Source: Octopus bimaculoides (Eukaryota). From it: DNA of 64,000 nt. The stretch covers positions 64,815,257 to 64,879,256 of the forward strand of contig NC_068986.1 in NCBI RefSeq assembly GCF_001194135.2, in the 5' to 3' direction. The translations under genes and the position numbers were made by a program. Shown one piece after another: positions 55,727 through 64,000 of this stretch. Below the pieces are notes generated by a model. The model did no database searches. It saw only the letters and a list, made by a program, of their open reading frames with translations, and was not told the origin of the DNA. Position 1 is the first letter of the stretch. The number at the start of each line of letters is the position of its first letter.

Positions 55727-57089
55727 CTGTAGAAATAATATAAATTGAAACATATCCAGCTATTAACTTCAAAGGAAAATAGAATATAGTAAATAAAAAT
55801 AAAACCGAATTTAAATAAATGTAAAAATGGGTTATAAGGTGAATAGGAAGAATATGTGATCGAGAACGTGAAATTCGAATGCCTTAATTTGAGGTACCAG
55901 GTGCAATAACCATTCATAACTGCCGGCCTGCGGCATTGAGGACTGTTTTGAACTTGTCACTTGTTCCCATGTACACTATAGAGACCTACATATACTCATC
56001 TGTATACATGCAATATTGATATTTCGTGTGCATTTTAGCAAGTACCTTCGCCTGTGAAGGTAGAAAGAAATTGATTTTGTGTGACAATTTAATAAATTTT
56101 CAAGATCAATAGCTTTTCCACAGTGCAAAGATTACTAAAACATTTGATTTATCACTTAATAATAAAACTTATATTATTAGTTACAATGACCGTAATTGAG
56201 TTACATGTTTTGTTTCCATTGTATTTCAGAATATTGTAAAGTCGGCCCTGAAATTGGTTTGTGACCACACTCATATAATCAGTATCATTTCGGTTAATAT
56301 TTCTTGACAGTAACTGCGTGCGCGCGTGCAGATACACACACACACACGCACAGAGTTGAGTAGTATAATTTTTGTTATGACCAGTCAGAAAGTTGTCATT
56401 GGTCTCATTTCGACTGTTGCACTAGGCAATATAGGTTGCACATAACCTCTTTACTTATGGACAACTGACTGATTATATATATATACATATATATGTAGGT
56501 GTATATAAGTATATACACGCACATATATATGTATACAAATACACTACACACACACACATATAGTAAAATAAGGATTCAGATAGGTATTTGAAAATATATG
56601 CACCAGGTAGGGTTGGATAAACCTGTGGTTCCAGCCTACGGTTGGTAAATATCAAATAGGATATTCCAGGTATATACACAGAGAAAACCAAACCTGTGAG
56701 TATTTAGCACCTAAGGGTGTCTGAGACAAGTCGTAAATCCCCTTGGTGTATTATAATCAAATGATGGATAATTGTCAGCTCATTACTGCTGTTTCTTACG
56801 CATCTTTTTAATAGAAGAATGAGAACATTACTCCATTACAAAAAAACCGTGATCATCAGATGAAACGTATTTTACAAACAAAAGAATATCCCAAGAATAC
56901 AGCAGGGATGTGGCTGAAATCTGTCAAGGCCGACTATGAAATGGAAAAATGACCAACAAAGTGGGCCGTTGAGAAGTTAAGAATATAGTTCTTGAAAGTG
57001 TGTAATATAATATCTACGGTCAGTGACCTGGGTGAGATAGGAGTCTGCTAGACTGGTTCTTAGGTAGGCTGGAGTGGGGTGTAGGTGAT

Positions 57090-57486
57090 ATTTTACTATT
57101 GTAGGCTTAGAGCAGTGGGAAGCAAGGAGAGGTTCTAATATAAATGAAGGATAAAAAAAAAAGAAAGAATAAATAAAGCAAAAGTAAGGCTGAAGAAAAA
57201 TAAAAGCATACAATTCAATTAGTATAGGGTCGGGGTTTAGGATTCGCTAGCTAAGGCTAAAAGACAAAGGGTGGGAGGCAGAGATACACAGAATTTAGGG
57301 ATATTCTGTGGATATTAGTTGAAAGTTGGGGAGGGTACGAAGGCAATAGAATAATAAGATCTAACTTTTATGGAGTTGTAGAGTTAGTAATAGTAGAGTA
57401 CTACTTATCATTAAGGAGTTTAAAGAAGAATGAGATTATATAATAAACTACACCTAGTACGGAGTTAGTGGAAATACCAGATCGGA
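57090..57486 (+). repeat. Left arm of inverted duplication (partner 59855-60223)
   Basis: 57090-57316 is the exact reverse complement of 59997-60223 by my reading; the inner part is diverged. Confidence 0.92.
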
Positions 57487-58379
57487 AAGCCGGGAGTAGT
57501 CTAATGATTAACAATATGGAATGTTATGCAGGTCGCGTTGAAATTATTTAATTAGATAGTATAATCACCTTTGTTTGAATCAGGTAAAGCAACTCCAGAC
57601 AATAGTCACGGATAAGAGGTTTGGATAGTGTGTTCTATCTATTATTTAACAAGCACAGCACAAATAACTATCTTGGTGTAAGGGTTACTTACCTAGTAGA
57701 ATTCGGAAAGAACCGCTTAGGGTGTGCAGGCTACTAATTCTAGGTTAGATATCTTTGCTATCGCTATTGCATGATACCGGGTACCCCACAGAATGATTAC
57801 TTCTTACAATATAGCATACCATAACATGCAGGTGTATTAAAAGTGGTTAGAAGGTAATGGTAAAGGAAAACGTGACTAAAAAGACTCAGAAACAAATAGG
57901 TAGCTCGATCGACTATTGGGTCAGCAATAGAGGGAGTAAATTAGATTGGCCCTAGGTTAGGAGCTATTATAGAGGTTATTTAATGTCTTTAAAATATTCA
58001 AATGTGCGGGTAGTCTTATGTATACAGGAAAGACGAAGGTCTAGTTTATTATTTAGTAGATTTTCACTTAAAAATTTCAAACAGCTTCATGCAGCAAATC
58101 TGCTGTATAAGTACGAGGATCTAGTGTTTCTCATTCGCAAAATGAGCCCCACTTAATTTTGCTCAGATTGCTTTCAGTTTTGGTGTATCGATGCAACTCT
58201 GAATTTTGATTACGATCAACTTTATCTCGTAAATTAAAGAATCTGATGTTATTTGGAATTTGAGTTGGGAAATTTGGGTAATTTTAGCCAATCAACAGAC
58301 AACGTGGCATTAGCAGCTTGTTATCATGACAACCGCACGCTGTGTCATGGTTCGCTGTTGTCTATGTTGATTTTTCACG

Positions 58380-58417
<38 letters not shown>

Positions 58418-58994
58418 TACTACTACTACTGTAATAATTATTATTATTGAGTGAGAGAGCAGTGCATGTCATCAAAGTGATACTGGGGTAAAATATACGA
58501 AGTCCATTATACCCATCATGACTACCCATCTGATAACAGTACACCAGGCACATGCATCACAGCCATATGTGCATGACATGGTGATCTCATATCAAGATAA
58601 ATAGCACATGACCTTGCAGGTGGGGCCCAGTTAGAATTTTCTTCAGGTCGAGTAGCCGATCCCGCTCAAATGGTCCTCGAATAAGGGTTGTTTAAGGATG
58701 TTGAACGAAACACCCATGTTTCCAGAAGTGAATTATTCAAACCCCAAAGAATTCCTCTCAACACATGCTATGATGCTCACCCACTACTTCTGCTCGTGAT
58801 CAGTGATGCGTATATCGCCAGCGACCGAAGGACATGCTCAACTGATTAAGGCCAAACAACTGTCAAGCAAATCTGTGGTATCGAACAGAATGTTTGCTGT
58901 AGCCCATCTTTCATACCAATGTACATGCTAACACTTCCAGTCGGTTAAGATGAGAAGCCATGAGAGTCACTGCCTGGTACTGCATCGGGACATC

Positions 58995-59059
<65 letters not shown>

Positions 59060-59088
59060 GTTATTGTTGTTGTTGTTGTTGTTGTTTT
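58380..59088. repeat. ~550 bp non-coding interspersed-repeat-like segment flanked on both sides by (ATT)n microsatellite
   Basis: (ATT/ACT)n at 58380-58447 and (ATT/GTT)n at 58997-59088. Confidence 0.55.
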
Positions 59089-59854
59089 CATATACTATTT
59101 CCTGTTCATATCTTGCGTTAGAAAGAGTTGAATTGTAAAAGTGAGAGTACGAATTGTAAATATCTTCATTCGCCAAAAGCTGAGTAATTCTACGTGAAAT
59201 ACCTTTAGCTAAAGAATTAATTAATTAACGTTATTAATTAACGGGTTAGGGTGATTGAAAAATCTGCAAACATATTTAGTGATTTCATCTGGTTTTCTGT
59301 AGGGATTGTATAATCCAGATTTTATATTTAACGGACGTCTAAGAAATTAACTATTTTAGTAGCTAGTTTGAAAGTTAAGTCCAGGTTAAAGTTGCGGAAG
59401 AATTTCCTATATTCTTTTTTCTTTTTTTTTTTACGAGTTCATTCAAGTGAGTATGACAAAGAGAGTGTCGTCCCTATATAGACCACCATGAAGATCTGGA
59501 AACTCGTTCGCTAGGCAATACAAAAGGTAGATTCCTACAATGTCGGTTATCTGGGCCGAGTCGCTCGACCCCATGGCTACATTAAAATTGTCAGGGGTGT
59601 CGCTTCTCGTCCACAGTCTACCTTCAAATTCAATTATAGTTCTTCAAGCTAATAGAATAATTTCAATCGTATCTTTAGTAATGGGTACATAAATTAGGGC
59701 CTTATTTAGGAGTATGGGGGATATACTTGAATAGTATGCACTTATATCACAATTGGAGGAACGAGTAGTTACATCTATTCTGTAATGATGTAAACTAGGT
59801 TATGACTTTCTCAGTGTTTAATTTTTGAAGTAAGTTTAGGTATGAGCTTTGATA

Positions 59855-60223
59855 TCCGATTTGGTATTTCCACTAACTCCATACTAGGTGTAGCATATTA
59901 TATAATCTCTAGAACTCTACTATTACTAACTCAACAATTCCATAACAGTTAGATCTTATTATTCGATTGCCTTCGTACCCTCCTCAACTTTCATCCAATA
60001 TCCACAGAATATCCCTAAATTCTGTGTATCTCTGCCTCCCACCCTTTGTCTTTTAGCCTTAGCTAGCGAATCCTAAACCCCGACCCTATACTAATTGAAT
60101 TGTATGCTTTTATTTTTCTTCAGCCTTACTTTTGCTTTATTTATTCTTTCTTTTTTTTTTATCCTTCATTTATATTAGAACCTCTCCTTGCTTCCCACTG
60201 CTCTAAGCCTACAATAGTAAAAT
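59855..60223 (-). repeat. Right arm of inverted duplication, truncated by gap
   Basis: The same 41-aa translation appears in the ORF track at 57213(-) and 60100(+). Confidence 0.92.
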
Positions 60224-60931
60224 NNNNNNNNNNNNNNNNNNNNNNNNNNNNNNNNNNNNNNNNNNNNNNNNNNNNNNNNNNNNNNNNNNNNNNNNNNNNN
60301 NNNNNNNNNNNNNNNNNNNNNNNNNNNNNNNNNNNNNNNNNNNNNNNNNNNNNNNNNNNNNNNNNNNNNNNNNNNNNNNNNNNNNNNNNNNNNNNNNNNN
60401 NNNNNNNNNNNNNNNNNNNNNNNNNNNNNNNNNNNNNNNNNNNNNNNNNNNNNNNNNNNNNNNNNNNNNNNNNNNNNNNNNNNNNNNNNNNNNNNNNNNN
60501 NNNNNNNNNNNNNNNNNNNNNNNNNNNNNNNNNNNNNNNNNNNNNNNNNNNNNNNNNNNNNNNNNNNNNNNNNNNNNNNNNNNNNNNNNNNNNNNNNNNN
60601 NNNNNNNNNNNNNNNNNNNNNNNNNNNNNNNNNNNNNNNNNNNNNNNNNNNNNNNNNNNNNNNNNNNNNNNNNNNNNNNNNNNNNNNNNNNNNNNNNNNN
60701 NNNNNNNNNNNNNNNNNNNNNNNNNNNNNNNNNNNNNNNNNNNNNNNNNNNNNNNNNNNNNNNNNNNNNNNNNNNNNNNNNNNNNNNNNNNNNNNNNNNN
60801 NNNNNNNNNNNNNNNNNNNNNNNNNNNNNNNNNNNNNNNNNNNNNNNNNNNNNNNNNNNNNNNNNNNNNNNNNNNNNNNNNNNNNNNNNNNNNNNNNNNN
60901 NNNNNNNNNNNNNNNNNNNNNNNNNNNNNNN

Positions 60932-60990
<59 letters not shown>

Positions 60991-61040
60991 TATACACACA
61001 CATACATGTGTGTGTGTGTGCGTGTGTGCGTGTGTGTGTA
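60932..61040. repeat. (CA)n/(TG)n microsatellite
   Basis: Direct reading. Confidence 0.95.
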
Positions 61041-62049
61041 TGTAGATGTAGCTTCTGTTGGTTGGACATACATTTTGAGAGTCATAATTGCATTTCTGTG
61101 GTCTAAGGATTTAAATTCTAATTATTTTATTATTGTTTATGTGTTTATCTGTGTTGACGGAGCCTGTTTACTCAAAGTAAATTTTGACGAAGCAGTTTAC
61201 TATAGGTAAATTTGGCTTTCAGAATTTTTACTGTACTTATGTCCTGTTGGAAAATGTTATATTGCATGATCTTTGTAGTTCTCTATACCCCTACCCCGCT
61301 GTCAATTATTTTAAATGTTTTTTTTTTATATGCCAACATACTGTTTTATATGTTCGCTATTGTTTTGAATAATGCCTCATCAAACAAGATTGTCGTTATT
61401 CAAGTGTAGACTAGTTATTAGAGTTTTAAATGTTTTCATTGGACTGTTTGAATTGTTATCGATATATAATATTAAATCATTTGGTTTAATGAACGCTTGC
61501 AGTTTTCTGTTGTTAATGTTTGAAGCTAAGAACAAGCATGTTTTAAGTTTTGTACTTGTAACTTTTAAGCTAAAGTAACTGAAAAGTTTATATACACTTC
61601 CTAAACGAGCCTGCTTGCTGCTCATTAATATTTCTGGTGATCAATAGACCATCATCTTTATAAATTCTTTAATTAATTGTGGTGAAAGCATTGTGAATTA
61701 GATTGGACATCTTCACAGAATACTAGGCATCCATCCTCATATCAAAGAGATTTCGATTATAAATTTCCATCCATATGCTGCTGTTAGAAAGTTGATCAGT
61801 TTTCTGGTATCAATTATTATCATTTGTCTGTTTTCATCAATCGAGTTTTACGCAACCACCATCCTCAGTGATGGGTAGTAATGAACTATATTGAATCAAG
61901 TAAATGTATATTGTTGCTTATCTCAGATGTATGTAAACTAACTTATAAATCATACGCTATTATTTTAAAGTGTCAATCTAGGTTTTTTTTTTTGGATACT
62001 ATTACTGATTCTTTCTAATTGAGTTTTGATTATTTTTTCCTAATTTGAC

Positions 62050-63830
62050 TTTTATTTGGTCAATAAATCTACTTTGTGGGATTATAAAGTTTAGTTTAAG
62101 ATCTTTATCTCGATGTAAAAGATTTCCAGCTCATGTCTTCTTTACACCTTAGGTCCTTCTGGTTATATCTCTCGAGTATTTTGATGTAATGATGCAAGCA
62201 TTATAGATGCAAAGCTTAATCGTCAGTTTCAAATCCCTTGTTTCTTCAGACTAATTTTTCCGGTGTCCCAAACGCATATGAATCCTTCTCAATCCTCAAG
62301 CTGATTTCAGAATTTAAGGATTCCTCCACAGAGGCAGAACAGCCAAAATACATAGAATCCACTACATCAAGTTTACTTCCTAGCACAAGTATATTTGGTT
62401 CCATATGGATCTCTCCTGAATCAGGTATAGACATCCCTCGGTCTTCTTTCAGCTTGAAAGCAGAACAGGCACCGGAGAAGAGGTTCATATTTTGAGTATT
62501 TTGTTCCGCATGAACCATAATCGTCAGCATGCAACACATCGTGACTAAGGGTCTTTTTAAAAACAATTCAGATTAAGTGGTTTATCTGTTATGCAATAAT
62601 GGATATAGTCCTTAAATGTATGAACAATCGAGCACTGCAGATTATATGGAGAACAAAGCTGGTGCAGGTATATACCCCTGTTTAACGACACCGTGCAATT
62701 TTAACTTTGTTGTGGTGATTCGAAACCTAACCGCTTCGTAACCGGTCAGACGCAACAACCGAACCACAATAGTTTCACAATAGCAACCAATAAGCGTCAA
62801 GCCATTGTGTGATTTAATCTTCTATAATTTTCTTGTACTTTACAAAGAACCACTTAGGCGCCTACACTCCTTGCAGAATGTTGCGGCAGCTGAGCGACGT
62901 CTCCATTCTTGCCATACATATGGCCCAGGCAGACAGCCTAGTTAGACGGCCTAGACAGACGAGTAAGAGCCTCCATCATCACAAAGATAACACAATTGTT
63001 TTTAGATATACTGGGCAAGCCGCCTGTTGCCATATCAATAGTTTTCTGTAAACTCAGAGGAGTATCTCTTTCCCAGTCTGTAATTATTGCTGTCGCTAAT
63101 TGTAAAAAGTCAACGCAGTTTATCTTTATCTGCCATAATAAATTCTTCAGTTAAATGTTCATGAGTGTTGTTCAGTTACTTTTTCATACAATCAAGAAAC
63201 ACATTTTTATTCATTAACTCAACCAGCTACCACAGCAGCCTTGACGATACACCATTAATATATTCGTGACATCTGGTAACACAGTCAACTTCTATGTTAA
63301 AATTATTATTGATTTCTTCAATAACACGGTGCTGTAGTAGATCTTCTATGACTTTCACATACTTTCAACACTTTCAGACTCTTTAGAATTTCTTCAGTAT
63401 CACTGGGTAAAGTAGATCTAACATTGGAATGGAAAGGGGCAGTAGTTGATTGACTAGGACCAAATACCTGTTTCAGCAAGCTGTACAAAAATTTTGGAGT
63501 ATTTTTCATCAAAAACCAGTTGAATATGCTCAACCACTATGTGTTCTTCACTGCCTTATTTTCATGTTTATTTATAGTGCTTCAATAATTCTGCTATTTT
63601 CTAACGTTCCTTTCAAGGTAAATTTTGTTTGAGGAATTTCTCGTGTAGTTCATATTTATGCTTGATGTCCAGAAACTGAGATATTTCTGAAATATTTTTA
63701 TTGAACCAATCACCGTACTTGTGCGTCCTGAAACCCAAGCTATTGATAGCAGTGACATAAACGGTTCGTTCGAAGTCTGACTAATGACCCACCAGACGAT
63801 GAATTTGCTAGAGCTTCACGAAAAGATGCA
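62050..63830 (-). mobile_element. Old BovB-like RTE LINE, heavily decayed
   Basis: LGFRTHKYGDWFNKNISEISQFLDIKH (cf. KHQDWFDENDxEI); LYSLLKQVFGPSQSTTAPFHS..STLPSDTEEILK; GVVKQGYIPAPALFSI; KLDVVDSMYFG..LNSEISLRIEKDSYAFG; LKLTIKLCIYNACII. Confidence 0.8.
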
Positions 63831-64000
63831 GATTTTGTTGGATTTCGGAGTTTGTCAGCATTTCGAAACATTTGAGTTATTTGTAAACATTTTCCTAATA
63901 ATAAACTTCAACATTACTCATATCAGGTAGCGATCCGTTCAACACGTGGCACCATGTAAAATTTTAACACTACCAGGAAGACGAATGTCACATACACACA

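Noticed and set aside
60100-61209. ORFs of 270-370 aa
   Set aside because: They are made of N-gap X residues and (CA)n.
62246-62566. 106-aa ORF that reads like a real protein
   Set aside because: It aligns to the post-YADD region of BovB-like RTE reverse transcriptase, so it is part of the decayed LINE.
1-64000. CRISPR array, rRNA or prokaryotic operon
   Set aside because: No regularly spaced repeat-spacer array or rRNA-like sequence was seen; the window is spliceosomal eukaryotic DNA.

Overview
AT-rich, repeat-dense eukaryotic genomic DNA with four N gaps (12653-12770, 33259-33485, 41879-42017, 60224-60931). The SINE/RTE repertoire and microsatellite load look like a coleoid cephalopod, most likely Octopus (inference, not database-checked). 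Two host genes are head-to-head, 1.1 kb apart. One is an intronless OGFOD2 (minus, 14778-15812). The other is a 16-coding-exon Myt1/PKMYT1 kinase (plus, 16915-48489) that I assembled by hand in a continuous frame. The rest is mobile DNA: a decayed IR-DR Tc1 element, an RT-deleted Gypsy element with both LTRs, several RTE LINE lineages, CR1-group and Penelope relics, hAT MITEs, Helentron-type HINEs and many tRNA-derived SINEs. The most notable observations are: (1) Myt1 intron 2 has a perfect minor-spliceosome (U12) donor with an apparently non-canonical 3' end, and the last intron is GC-AG; (2) a ~435 bp head-to-head palindrome of a tRNA-headed repeat in Myt1 intron 12, whose tail folds as a Penelope-type minimal hammerhead ribozyme, complete on the antisense strand and broken on the sense strand; (3) an inverted duplication next to a gap with an abrupt step in identity.
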